A stretch of DNA of 64,000 bases from Candidatus Latescibacterota bacterium (GTDB taxonomy: Bacteria > Latescibacterota > UBA2968 > GCA-2709665): NCBI GenBank assembly GCA_965219455.1, contig OZ244744.1, positions 736,001 through 800,000 of the forward strand, read 5' to 3'. The first letter of the stretch is position 1. Each line of letters opens with the position of its first letter. Shown here in pieces: positions 47,676 to 58,300 of this stretch. The notes beneath the pieces were generated by a model, which saw only the letters and a program-made list of their open reading frames with translations, did no database searches and was not told where the DNA came from. Both the position numbers and the translations under genes were made by a program.

Positions 47676-49835
47676 ATGGGCGAGGCGGAAATTCGCGACC
47701 GTTACGGGTGGGCGGAAATCGACCCCGCCGAACCGGTGACGGCCGGCGCCACGGGTACCTGGAGAATCATCTATCACGCCGGCAGATACGGCGTGGATGA
47801 CGGCGGCGTCATAAAAATCGCCTGGCGCGACGTGAGCGACTGGCAGGCGCCCCAGTTCGCCGATCCGGCCGCGCCCGGGTTCGCCTCGGTATCCACCACG
47901 GGACCCGCGTCGCTGGGCCCCGCCTTTGAGAAGCAGCGCTACGTGCGGCCGTGGCGCTTGTGTACCACCATCGACGTCTTCGACGACTCTCTTTCCGAAG
48001 GCGACACGGTCACCCTCACCCTGGGTGACACCTCCGGCGGATCTCCAGGCGTCCGCGCGCAGACGTTCTGCAAGGAACGATTCGAGTTTCGTGTGGCGGT
48101 CGACTGGTGCGGCACCTGGGTCTACGTGGAAGTGCCCTCGCCCGCGGTGCCAATCATCAGCGGCGGTCCACACAAGCTGGTAGCCCTCTGCGCCTCGGAA
48201 ACCCACCCCGGGGAATGCGCCTGGGCCGGCCTGAAGGCCGAGGACGTCTGGGGAAATCCATGCCGGGACTACACCGGCGAAGTCATTGTGGATGCCGACG
48301 GCCTTACCGGGCTCCCGGAGACGTTCCGATTTCGACCCGACGACCTCGGAACCCGTCGGTTTGAAAACGTCGTCGCGCCCATAACCGGGGTTTTCCGCAT
48401 CCGGATCGAGGACAAATCCCTGGACCTGAGAGCGGAAAGCAACCCGCTCCGTTGCGTTGAATCCGGGAAAGGGTACCGGCCGTACTGGGGCGACCTGCAC
48501 GGACAGAGCGAAGAAACCGTGGGGACAAACCCCGTGTCGTCGTACTTTCGTTTCGCCCGGGAATCCGCCTTTGTCGATTTTGCAGGGCATCAGGGTAACG
48601 ATTTTCAAATCACCGAAGCCGTCTGGGAGGAAATCCAACACCAGGCGAATATCCAGAACGATCCCGGACAATTTGTCGTCTTCGTCGGCTACGAATGGTC
48701 TGGAAACACGCCGGTCGGCGGCGATCACAACGTGTATTATCCGGGCGACACCGGTCCCCTGCACCGCTCCAGCCATGTCCTGATTCCGGACAAATCCGAC
48801 GACGATACGGATTGCCTGCACGTAACCGACCTGTACAAAGCATTGAAGGGCACGGACGCCCTGCTTGTGCCGCACGTGGGCGGCCGCTACGCCAATCTGG
48901 ACTGGCACGACCCCGAATTCGAGCGCCTGGTGGAAGTCTACTCCGAGTGGGGCGAATTCGAATGGTTCCTCAAGTGGGCCCTCGAAAACGGCTATCGGGT
49001 TGGATTCACCGCAGGAAGCGACGACCACAAGGGCAGGCCCGGCGCCGCGTACCCGGGCAGCGGCTCCTTCGGGGTTTACGGGGGCCTCACGTGCGTCTTC
49101 GCAACCGAACTCACACGACGCGGCCTGTGGCAAGCTCTGAAAGCCAGGCGCTGTTATGGCACCACGGGCCAGCGGATCCTGGTGAACGTCACCGCCGACG
49201 GGCACCCGATGGGCTCTGACTTTCAGGCGTCGGGTCCGCCTGAAATCGCCGTTGACGTGATCGGCACCGCACCCATCGAACGCGTGGAAATATTCAGAGG
49301 CCTGAACCCCGTATACAGCTTTCCCGAGACAATACCCCGCGAGAAAGACAGGATCCGCATCGCCTGGTCAGGCCAGCGAATCCGTGCGCGCAATCGCCTG
49401 GTTCGCTGGGATGGCTGCCTCACCCTCAATCGGGGACGCATACGCCACGCCGAAGGATATGCCTTCGATTCGGCGTCTGAAGGGATTCAGGCAGTTTCAG
49501 ACCATTCCGTGACGTGGAAGTCCGTAACGACGGGTGACGCCGACGGTGTCATACTTACCCTTGACGCCCCGCCGGAGGCTACCATCGACTTCAGGACGGA
49601 CATCCTGTCCCATTCTCTCACGCTTCAGGAAATCGCAGGGGGGCCTGTCCGGATTCCCGCGGGCGGAATCGACATCGCCGTTGTCTTCGAACAGGCGCCC
49701 GACGGCGCCAGGCACGAAGCAAGCTTCACCTACCGGGAGTCCGAACTGCCAGGTGGCTGTCATCCGTACTGGGTGCGGGTGACCCAGACCGACGGTGCAA
49801 AAGCCTGGACAAGCCCCATATATGTCACCGTGTGA
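47676..49835 (+). CDS. DUF3604 domain (PHP-like) protein
   Basis: YWGDLHGQS, GYEWSG, GGDHNV, VPH, GSDDHKGRPG, ARRCYGTTG, AWTSPI. Confidence 0.88.
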   Translation: MGEAEIRDRYGWAEIDPAEPVTAGATGTWRIIYHAGRYGVDDGGVIKIAWRDVSDWQAPQFADPAAPGFASVSTTGPASLGPAFEKQRYVRPWRLCTTIDVFDDSLSEGDTVTLTLGDTSGGSPGVRAQTFCKERFEFRVAVDWCGTWVYVEVPSPAVPIISGGPHKLVALCASETHPGECAWAGLKAEDVWGNPCRDYTGEVIVDADGLTGLPETFRFRPDDLGTRRFENVVAPITGVFRIRIEDKSLDLRAESNPLRCVESGKGYRPYWGDLHGQSEETVGTNPVSSYFRFARESAFVDFAGHQGNDFQITEAVWEEIQHQANIQNDPGQFVVFVGYEWSGNTPVGGDHNVYYPGDTGPLHRSSHVLIPDKSDDDTDCLHVTDLYKALKGTDALLVPHVGGRYANLDWHDPEFERLVEVYSEWGEFEWFLKWALENGYRVGFTAGSDDHKGRPGAAYPGSGSFGVYGGLTCVFATELTRRGLWQALKARRCYGTTGQRILVNVTADGHPMGSDFQASGPPEIAVDVIGTAPIERVEIFRGLNPVYSFPETIPREKDRIRIAWSGQRIRARNRLVRWDGCLTLNRGRIRHAEGYAFDSASEGIQAVSDHSVTWKSVTTGDADGVILTLDAPPEATIDFRTDILSHSLTLQEIAGGPVRIPAGGIDIAVVFEQAPDGARHEASFTYRESELPGGCHPYWVRVTQTDGAKAWTSPIYVTV

Positions 49836-50020
49836 ACCTGTTCCCGACGACCGCGTCAATATTCACAAGGATGCGCCCGACTCGTTCACGAACGGCGCAT
49901 CAGGTTCCTGCAACCGAAAATCGACATATAGAAAAAAACCCTTGACCTGCACCCGACCGCCTTATATTATCGAACCCGTGTACCCACGAACCTCGAGCGT
50001 TTGAAGGGGGGACGTTATAA

Positions 50021-51610
50021 GTGTCAGCCACATTTGAGGAGGCCGCTGTCGTCGGCCAGCCCGAAGCCGACGCCGCAGCCGTCAACATATTAAAAAAGGG
50101 AGGTAATGCCGTTGATGCAGCCGTCACGGCCGCCCTGCTCGCCTGCGTGGTCACGCCGCACCACACGGGAATCGGCGGCTACGGTGGCGCTCTCATGATT
50201 TATATGAACGGGGAGATCGGCTGCATCGACTTCAACACCGTCGCTCCCGGGGCCGCCACGAGCAGAATGTTCCAGGTTGCCCGGTCCGACGGACGCTTCG
50301 GGTCGTTGGTCAGGAGTCGGGCCAACGAGATCGGCTGTCTCGCGATTTCCGTACCCGGCGTACTCGCCGGCCTGGCCGCGGCTCTTGAAAAATATGGCAA
50401 AATACAGCTGGATCAGGCGCTTGCTCCGGCCATTCGGGCCTGCAAGAACGGCTTTCGGGTTTCGCCCGAGTACGCGGACGCCGTCGGAGCGAACGAAAAA
50501 CGCATCCGCACGTTCCCGGACACCGAAAGGCTGCTGCTGGTCGACGGTTCGCCGCCAACTACCAGTGACAGGGCAGCCAATCCGAGTTTGGGGCGGATCC
50601 TCGAACAGGTCGCCAAGAACGGCATCGATGAGTTCTACCGGGGAAGAATCGCAGGCAGAATTGTCAAATACATCCAGGAAAACGGCGGCATACTGACGGA
50701 AGACGACTTCGCGAACTACCAGGCCCGCCACGTCGAACCCGCCCACACCTCGTGTCTGGGTTACGACCTATACACCGCTCCCCTTTGTTCCAGCGGCCTC
50801 ACCGTACTTCAAATGTGCCGCGTTGCCGAAGTGGCCGAACTGGATCTCTGGGCTCGCGACGCCGCGCGGCTCGCCCACGGCATGACCGAAACCATCCGCG
50901 CCGCGTGGCTGGACCGCTACCGGTATTTCGGTGACCCCGGATTTGTCAAGGTGCCGCTCGAAACCCTTACGTCAGATATTCAGATCGGAGCAACGGGCCG
51001 TGAGATCGCAGATCACGTGTCGGAAGGCACACGCGGGCAGGCGCTGTTACGCCCGCTCTCTTACGGCGGCACGACCCACATCTCCGTCGTAGACCGCGAC
51101 CGCAATATGGCTTCCCTCACCCTTACACACGGTCCCGGTTTCGGCTCATTTGTCACCGTCCCCAGAACAGGACTGATCATGAATGCCGGCATGTCCCGCT
51201 TCGACCCCGGCTCCGGCCTGCCCAACTCTGTGGACGCGGGCAAGTCGCCCATCAACAACATGTGCCCCATGCTCATACTCAGCGACGGCGAACCCATGAT
51301 GACACTTGGCGCGTCGGGAGGCACCCGCATCCCGTCCTCCCTGTTTCAGGTGCTCGCACGGCGTCTGGTGCTCGATGAGGACCTGGACTGGGCGGTCAGT
51401 GCGCCAAGAGTGCACTCCGAAGGCAACGAATGGGTCACGCTGGAAGAAGGGTTCGGAGAAATCGCGCCCAACTACCTGAAGTCGGAAGTCAAATACACGC
51501 TGGGCAGGGGCAGCGCGGCCGCCCACGTCAGAGCCATCGAAATCACCGAGGACGACGAACTTCTCGCCACGCTCGATCCCAGAATCCGGGGCAAAGAAAA
51601 AGGGATTTGA
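50021..51610 (+). CDS. ggt: Gamma-glutamyltransferase family protein
   Basis: GGNAVDAAV, GIGG, VPG, nucleophile TTHISVVD, GASGG, APRVH. Confidence 0.92.
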   Translation: MSATFEEAAVVGQPEADAAAVNILKKGGNAVDAAVTAALLACVVTPHHTGIGGYGGALMIYMNGEIGCIDFNTVAPGAATSRMFQVARSDGRFGSLVRSRANEIGCLAISVPGVLAGLAAALEKYGKIQLDQALAPAIRACKNGFRVSPEYADAVGANEKRIRTFPDTERLLLVDGSPPTTSDRAANPSLGRILEQVAKNGIDEFYRGRIAGRIVKYIQENGGILTEDDFANYQARHVEPAHTSCLGYDLYTAPLCSSGLTVLQMCRVAEVAELDLWARDAARLAHGMTETIRAAWLDRYRYFGDPGFVKVPLETLTSDIQIGATGREIADHVSEGTRGQALLRPLSYGGTTHISVVDRDRNMASLTLTHGPGFGSFVTVPRTGLIMNAGMSRFDPGSGLPNSVDAGKSPINNMCPMLILSDGEPMMTLGASGGTRIPSSLFQVLARRLVLDEDLDWAVSAPRVHSEGNEWVTLEEGFGEIAPNYLKSEVKYTLGRGSAAAHVRAIEITEDDELLATLDPRIRGKEKGI

Positions 51611-51725
51611 CGAGCCCGGGAGCACTCATCGCTCGATCCGGAGACGGCTACAGGCGCCAGAGGGTTGCATTGGTAACCCGAATTTCCGGAAAAAATGACA
51701 GCAAATACTTGAAAAACAAGGATAT

Positions 51726-52859
51726 GTGTCCCGAATGAAGACATTTCCCTTTGGCAGCGGCCGTCCCGACCCGACGTCCTTTCCCAATCGGGGCCTGGCA
51801 GAAGCCGCCATGCGCATTCTGCCGGAGCTGGGCGATGAACTGGCCTGTTATCCCGGTTCGCTGGGATACGAACCTCTCAGGAAACTGATGTCTCAGAGGT
51901 TCGCGCACCGGGAAGGCGTTGCCCTGCCCGTCGATCAGGTTGTCCTCACCACGGGCTCCATGCAGGCGGTTACGCTGATGGCGCAGGTATTCGTCGAGTC
52001 GCCCGGCGACGTGATTGTGCTCGAGGAATACTCATACTCGGGCACCCTGGGCGCCTACCGTAAAGAAAAGGCGGAACTCGTCGGCATCCCGTTGGATGAG
52101 TACGGCATGCGGATGGACGCCCTGGAAGGAACACTGGGCGACCTGGTTTCCCGGAACAGAAAACCGAAATTCATCTACACTCTGCCAACCTACCAGAACC
52201 CCACGGGTTCGATTATGCCGCTCGGCCGGCGGCGTGAACTGCTGGCCATTGCAGGCCGTTACGGTATACCGGTGGTTGAAGACCACTGTTACGCCGACAC
52301 CGTTTACGAAGACGATCACCAACCCGCCCTGTGGACACTCGAGCATGAGACGCCGGTGATCCACATCGAATCCCTTTCCAAAATCCTGGGGCCTGGAGTC
52401 CGTCTGGGTTATCTTGCAGCGCCTCGAGATCTGCTCGACCAGATTCTTCAGTATCGGCGGGACGGAGGCACAAGCGCGCTCAGCGCCGCCATCGTCTGCG
52501 AATATTTCAGAGAGAAACTCTGGCCGCACGTAGACAGGATCAACGCCATCGTCAGGGAAAAACGCGATCTGATGTTTCACGCGCTGTTGCGTTTCCCGGA
52601 CGCTTTCGAGTGGTTCAGCCGGCCCAAGGGCGGTCTCTTTATCTGGGTCAAGTTGCCCGACGCCACCGACACCGTTGCCTGTGAACAGCTTGCCGAGTCA
52701 ATGGGCGTCGACTACGCGTCCGGCAAAGCCTTCCACGTGTACAATATGGACGTGCCGTACATCCGACTCGCGTTCGGTTTTGCAACACACGACGATATCC
52801 GCAAGGGCATACCAATTCTGGCCGACTGTATTAGAAACAGCCGGAAAACGCCGGCTTGA
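51726..52859 (+). CDS. PLP-dependent aminotransferase class I/II
   Basis: YQNPTG, EDHCY, SLSKILGPGVRLG, IRLAF. Confidence 0.92.
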   Translation: MSRMKTFPFGSGRPDPTSFPNRGLAEAAMRILPELGDELACYPGSLGYEPLRKLMSQRFAHREGVALPVDQVVLTTGSMQAVTLMAQVFVESPGDVIVLEEYSYSGTLGAYRKEKAELVGIPLDEYGMRMDALEGTLGDLVSRNRKPKFIYTLPTYQNPTGSIMPLGRRRELLAIAGRYGIPVVEDHCYADTVYEDDHQPALWTLEHETPVIHIESLSKILGPGVRLGYLAAPRDLLDQILQYRRDGGTSALSAAIVCEYFREKLWPHVDRINAIVREKRDLMFHALLRFPDAFEWFSRPKGGLFIWVKLPDATDTVACEQLAESMGVDYASGKAFHVYNMDVPYIRLAFGFATHDDIRKGIPILADCIRNSRKTPA

Positions 52860-52896
52860 ACGCATCACTCGCAGCCCGTACGGAGGAGGTCCTGGA

Positions 52897-53691
52897 TTGA
52901 ATACACATGCCACGGTGCCCCGACCCGCGCCAATTCCCGGTGTCAGGCACCTGATCGCCGTAGCCAGCGGCAAGGGCGGCGTGGGAAAATCCACCACGGC
53001 CGCCAATCTCTGCGTGGCGCTTGCACAGCAGGGCGCCGCGGTGGGTCTCATGGATGCGGACATCTACGGTCCCAATGTTCCCATCATGATGGGCGTAAAC
53101 GAAACACCGGACATAGACGCGAACGGCGGCATTGTTCCCCTTGAACGTCACGATGTAAAAATGATCTCCCTGGGTCTGATTACCGAAGCGGGCGCCCCGG
53201 TGATCTGGCGCGGTCCGATGCTGGCCAAAATGGTGATACAATTCCTCCGGGACGTAGCCTGGGCGCCTCTGGACTTTCTTGTCATCGATCTGCCGCCTGG
53301 AACGGGCGATGTCCAGCTGACCCTGATTCAATCCGCCCGCCTGGACGGCGCCGTTATTGTCACAACGCCGCAATCCGTGGCGCTCGAGGACGTACGTCGC
53401 GGCATCCAGATGTTCAACACGGTGGACGTCCCGGTTCTTGGTATCGTCGAAAACATGAGCGTGTACATATGCGGCAACTGCAATACTCAAACCGACATCT
53501 TCGGGCAGGGCGGCGGCAAAGAAATGGCTGCGGAATATAGCGTGCCGCTTCTTGGCGAAATCCCTCTGGACATGCGGATACGCAGGGGCGGAGATACCGG
53601 CGCTCCAATTACAGCCTCCGACCCGGATTCCCCGATCTCCCGGCGTTACGTCGAAATCGCGTCAAGCGTCAGAAAGGCCGTGGAAAGATAG
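52897..53691 (+). CDS. apbC: Mrp/NBP35 Fe-S cluster carrier ATPase
   Basis: SGKGGVGKST, DADIYGP, WRGPM, DLPPGTGD, VTTPQ, ENMS..CxxC. TTG start after GGAGGAGG. Confidence 0.93.
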   Translation: MNTHATVPRPAPIPGVRHLIAVASGKGGVGKSTTAANLCVALAQQGAAVGLMDADIYGPNVPIMMGVNETPDIDANGGIVPLERHDVKMISLGLITEAGAPVIWRGPMLAKMVIQFLRDVAWAPLDFLVIDLPPGTGDVQLTLIQSARLDGAVIVTTPQSVALEDVRRGIQMFNTVDVPVLGIVENMSVYICGNCNTQTDIFGQGGGKEMAAEYSVPLLGEIPLDMRIRRGGDTGAPITASDPDSPISRRYVEIASSVRKAVER

Positions 53692-54096
53692 CGTTTCGGA
53701 CAATCATCCGGTGCAGCGGAATCCCGCGCGCGCCGGCCCTCCGTAAGTCGTGGAATCGTCCGTACAGGAAACAGGATAACCCGGGCGCAAACGGACGGTG
53801 CGTCCGGCCTGAACTTCCCGGTACCAGACCAATATACGGACCCCCGCTCGCCTGGGCCGTCGAATTTATGACGGCCCAACGGCTTTTTACGAAACATCCG
53901 GGCTGTCTGGGGAGTCAAAGACTGTGGTAAATTTCACCTTGAACAGGCGCCGCCTGAACGGATGGTAAAATAGAAACCCGGGAAAGGGCTCGGAAACCGT
54001 AACCGGGCCCACGCCCGCTAACGTTCCCGCCGCACGAGGTCCTCAATTGCACTTGCTGCCGCGGGATGGCCGCATATCGCCCACAAGGATTTACGG

Positions 54097-55293
54097 ATGA
54101 CGGAAATACGGATTTCAAAATATCTTGTTGTACTGGCCGCGGTTTTTGCCGGCTACGCACTCACGGGGTGCGGTGGCGATAAAGCCAAGGGAGAAAGTAA
54201 AACCGAAGCCGCGGCCGATTCCACAAAGGTCGACTCGACGGCGGTAGACACGGCCAAAGTCTCAAAGAAGAAAGAGAAACAGACGCCGGAGGGCGTGCCC
54301 GTAAAGATTCATCGCGTTCAACAAGGGCCGATTTCCTCATACATGGTTTACAACGCAAAGGTCGAGGCCAAAGAGACCGTGGACGTTTACGCCCACGGAA
54401 CCGGGCTCGTCAAACGCGTGCTGGCCGAAGAGGGCGATCGGGTCGAAGTGGACCAGGTCCTCGTCCACCTTGTCGACCGCGAACTGAAGCTCTCTGAAGC
54501 GGAAGCCAAAATCGCATACCTTAAATTGGAGAGCAACTTCAAACGTCGCAAGGAAATCTATTCCAAAAACCTGCTCTCCAAACAAGACTACGAAGGTGAC
54601 GGATTCGACCTGGAACAGGCCAAAATTCAGTGGCAACGCGCCCAACTCAACCTGGATCACGCGTTGGTCCGATCTCCTATAACCGGGGTCGTGGCCGAAC
54701 GGATCGTGAAATTGGGCGACCGTATCGGACCGTCAACCAAGCTCTATGTTCTGGTCAACATGCACAACCTGATATCCAGAGCACACATACCCGGGGGAGA
54801 ACTGCGTAACGTCTCGGTCGGACAGCTCGCCCGCATCACGACAAATCTCATGCCCGATGTTAATTTTCCCGGTCGCATTATTCGCATCAGCCCGGTTGTC
54901 GATCCGAACAGCGGCACCTTCAGGGTAACACTGGCAATTGACGACGACGCCGGCAGCTTGCGTCCAGGGATGTTCGTCACGACGCGGATCGTTGCCGCCA
55001 CCCACGAACAGGCTTTTCTGGTGCCCAAACGCGCCATCGTCTACGATGACGGGCATCCTCATGTGTTCGTGGTTCAGGACAGCACCGCACGTAAAGTTCA
55101 GCTCGAACTGGGGTTTGAAGACACCGAAAACCTGGAAGTTCTCAGCGGCGTCTCGCAGGGCGACAGCATCGTGGTCGTGGGCCAGAATGGCCTCAAGGAC
55201 CTGGCCAGAGTCCGGGTGATCGAGGGCAAAGGCCTGCGCATTCCGGCCAAACCGGATACCACGGAGCAAAAGGCCCGGGAAACCCAGGAATAA
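54097..55293 (+). CDS. RND efflux periplasmic adaptor (lipoprotein)
   Basis: Lipobox LTGC, RSPITGVV, LRPGMFV, VPKRAI. Confidence 0.92.
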   Translation: MTEIRISKYLVVLAAVFAGYALTGCGGDKAKGESKTEAAADSTKVDSTAVDTAKVSKKKEKQTPEGVPVKIHRVQQGPISSYMVYNAKVEAKETVDVYAHGTGLVKRVLAEEGDRVEVDQVLVHLVDRELKLSEAEAKIAYLKLESNFKRRKEIYSKNLLSKQDYEGDGFDLEQAKIQWQRAQLNLDHALVRSPITGVVAERIVKLGDRIGPSTKLYVLVNMHNLISRAHIPGGELRNVSVGQLARITTNLMPDVNFPGRIIRISPVVDPNSGTFRVTLAIDDDAGSLRPGMFVTTRIVAATHEQAFLVPKRAIVYDDGHPHVFVVQDSTARKVQLELGFEDTENLEVLSGVSQGDSIVVVGQNGLKDLARVRVIEGKGLRIPAKPDTTEQKARETQE

Positions 55294-55367
55294 GGCACAC
55301 ACCGAGGTAGTAACGGCCCAGGTGCGCCCGCTGCGCGTCGACGCGGCTGATTGAGGACTCAGAAAAT

Positions 55368-58300
55368 ATGGTTGACGACTCCGCAGGCGCCGATTCACGA
55401 AATTCCCTTTCCCGATCCAGGACGCAGATCTCCCGCACTTTCGAAATAACCACCCGCAGGCCGGTGGCCATTTTTATGGTCGTCCTCGCCATCGCGGTCT
55501 TCGGCTATATTTCCTACCAGCAGCTGCCGCTCACCCTGATGCCGGACATTTCCTACCCCACCCTCACGATCCGCACGGACTATCCCGATACCGCGCCCGA
55601 GGAAGTCGAAAACCTGATCTCAAGGAAAATAGAACAGCGGCTGGGGGTTGTCAACAATCTGGCGAGCATTGTATCCATTTCCCGTGCCGGGATGTCGGAC
55701 GTCATCCTGGAATTCGGCTGGGGCACGGATATGAACGACGCGGTACAGACCGTGCGGGAAAACCTGGACCGGCTGGGCCTGCCGCGGGGCGTCAATAAAC
55801 CGCTGATATTGCGTTACGATCCCACGCAGGATCCCATAATGCGTATCGGTCTCTACGGCGATGCCGATTTATATGCGCTCCGGCTTATTGCCGAAGAAGA
55901 AGTCAAGCAGGCGCTGGAGGCAATGAAAGGGGTCGCCGCGGCCCGCGTCCACGGCGGCCTCGAAGAAGAAATCCGTGTCGAAATCAACGAACGGCGACTC
56001 TCCCTGATAGGGCTCGGCATCGGCGACATCAACCGGCGCCTCCGCGAAGAGAACGTCAACCTCGCCGGCGGCAGTCTGTTGGACGGGCAGACCCAGTACA
56101 TGGTTCGCACCCTGAACGAATTCCGGACGGTCGACGAAATCCGCGATCTCGTCATCGGACAGAAAAACGGCGCAGACATCCGGCTCAAAGACGTCAGCGA
56201 CATTGTCCGCAGCCATAAAGACCGTGAGATCATCACCCGTGTAAACGGCGTGGAGAGCGTGGAAATCGATATCTTCAAAGAGGCCGACGCAAATATCGTC
56301 GCCACCGCGCAGCGGGTTCGGGATCGATTGTTCGGCACGCGCGAGCAACTGGCCTATGTGAAACGACTCAAAGCCGGAGAAATCAAACGGGCCGAGGCCA
56401 CGGACCGGCGCGCCCAGGTGCGGCAGTTTGTCCAACTCAAGGAAATGACCGGCTTTATCGCCTTTTCCCTGCCGGAAGGACTGCGGGTGGAAGTACTGTC
56501 CGATCAGTCACAATTTATCAAACGATCAATCGACGAAGTCAAACAGACAGCCATAATAGGAGGCATTCTTGCCATCCTGGTGCTTTATGTCTTTCTGCGA
56601 AATCCCTCACATACCGGCATCGTGAGCCTGGCTATCCCGATCTCGATCGTCGCCACGTTTGCTCCCATGAAAATATTCGACGTCTCTTTAAACATTATGT
56701 CTCTGGGAGGCATGGCGCTGGGTATCGGTATGCTTGTCGACAACTCCATTGTCGTGCTGGAGAGCATCTTCCGGTGCCGGGAAGAAGGAGACGACATCGT
56801 TACGGCAGCGGTCCGAGGCACCGGCGAAGTCGGGGGCGCTGTCTTTGCCTCCACGCTCACCACGGTCGCCGTCTTTTTTCCGATTGTCTTCGTCGAAGGC
56901 GTGGCCGGCCAGGTCTTTGGCGATATGTCCCTTACCGTGGTCTTTTCGCTCGTGGCGTCACTCGCTGTCGCACTCTTCTTCATTCCGATGCTGGCTTCCC
57001 GCCAAATCCGGATCGCCGGATCCGGCAGCGGACGCACCGGCTCGTCCGTCGGCGACATGTTCAACTCGGAATTGCTGCAGTTCAAGTCCCTCGCCCGGCT
57101 CAAGAAACTTGCAGGCGACCGGTCACGGACACGCCTTCCGGCCCTGGTGCTTAAGGCCCTCGTTTATGTGCCATGGCTGGTTATGGAATTTATCTGGCGC
57201 ACACTCTGGGTCCTGCTCGCGATCCTGACTGTCATTCTGAAGGCGGTCTGCGTGGTCCTGGCCCCCATCCTGTATTTTCCCGTTGCCGCCCTTGTCCTGA
57301 AGATCCGGAAAAAACCCGCGCATGCCTGGCGAGACCTATGCGCGTGGTCCAAAAACCCGACCCCGTTCGGATCCGGAATTGCACAGGCCATCTGGCACGA
57401 CCTGCTGGTTTTCAACGCCCCGGTCCTGCTTGGCGAAGGCCTCGCGGGCTGCGTGCGATGGACGTGGAGCGCCGGCAGACGCACGTGCAAATGGCCGATG
57501 CGCGGTCGGGGTCTCGCTATTTTCCTGCGTGTTCCTGCGGCCTTCGCGGGCGTTCTTTCTCTTTGCCTGCTCCTCGTGCTCGGGCCTGTCTACTTCGTTC
57601 TGCGATATATCATCTTCCAGACGGTATCCCTGTCGGGCAAGCTGCTGATCCTGCTTCTGATGGTTACCTTTCCGGCCGGAGTGACGGCCGTGGCGCTGTT
57701 GGCCGCCATCGCCATACCCCTGCTCACGCCCGTTATTCACGTCTTTGAAGTCGGCTTCGGCGCCATCAACCGGGTCTATCCTTCCGTCATCCGCTGGGCT
57801 TTGCAAAACCGCCTCACCATCATCGTCATGGCCATCCTGCCACTCTTTCTGTGCTGGTACGTCCTGGTACCCCGCATCGGCCGTGAACTCATCCCGGCCG
57901 TTCACCACGGTGAATTCGACCTGGAACTCTCCATGCCGGTGGGTACGCCCCTGGAACGCACCGAGAAGACCGTAGCCGATGTCGAATCGAGGATTCTGAA
58001 CGAAACTGGCGTTGCACGGATTGCGACCATCGTGGGCGTGGACAAAACCTCAATTTCCACCTCCGACCAGGGAGAACATACCTCGAGGGTCACCATCGTT
58101 GTCTCCGACGAAACTGCAAACGGCGCCGACGACCTGGACCGGCTCTGGCAAGACGTCAGCACGTATCCAAAAAGAGTCTGGGCTGGCATTTCCGGCAATA
58201 CGTTGCTGGCGAAACGCGAGTCCGATCTCATGACCCGGTTACGGGACAGTCTGGGCGATATCCCACAGGTTACGGTCGACTTCTCACGTCCGGCCCTGTT

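Noticed and set aside
38367-49205. Long antisense ORFs (38367-39608, 40712-42334, 47466-49205)
   Set aside because: They mirror well-supported + strand genes, as expected from GC-rich codon bias.
53700-54090. Riboswitch or ncRNA upstream of the RND operon
   Set aside because: Some hairpins, but no recognisable aptamer consensus.
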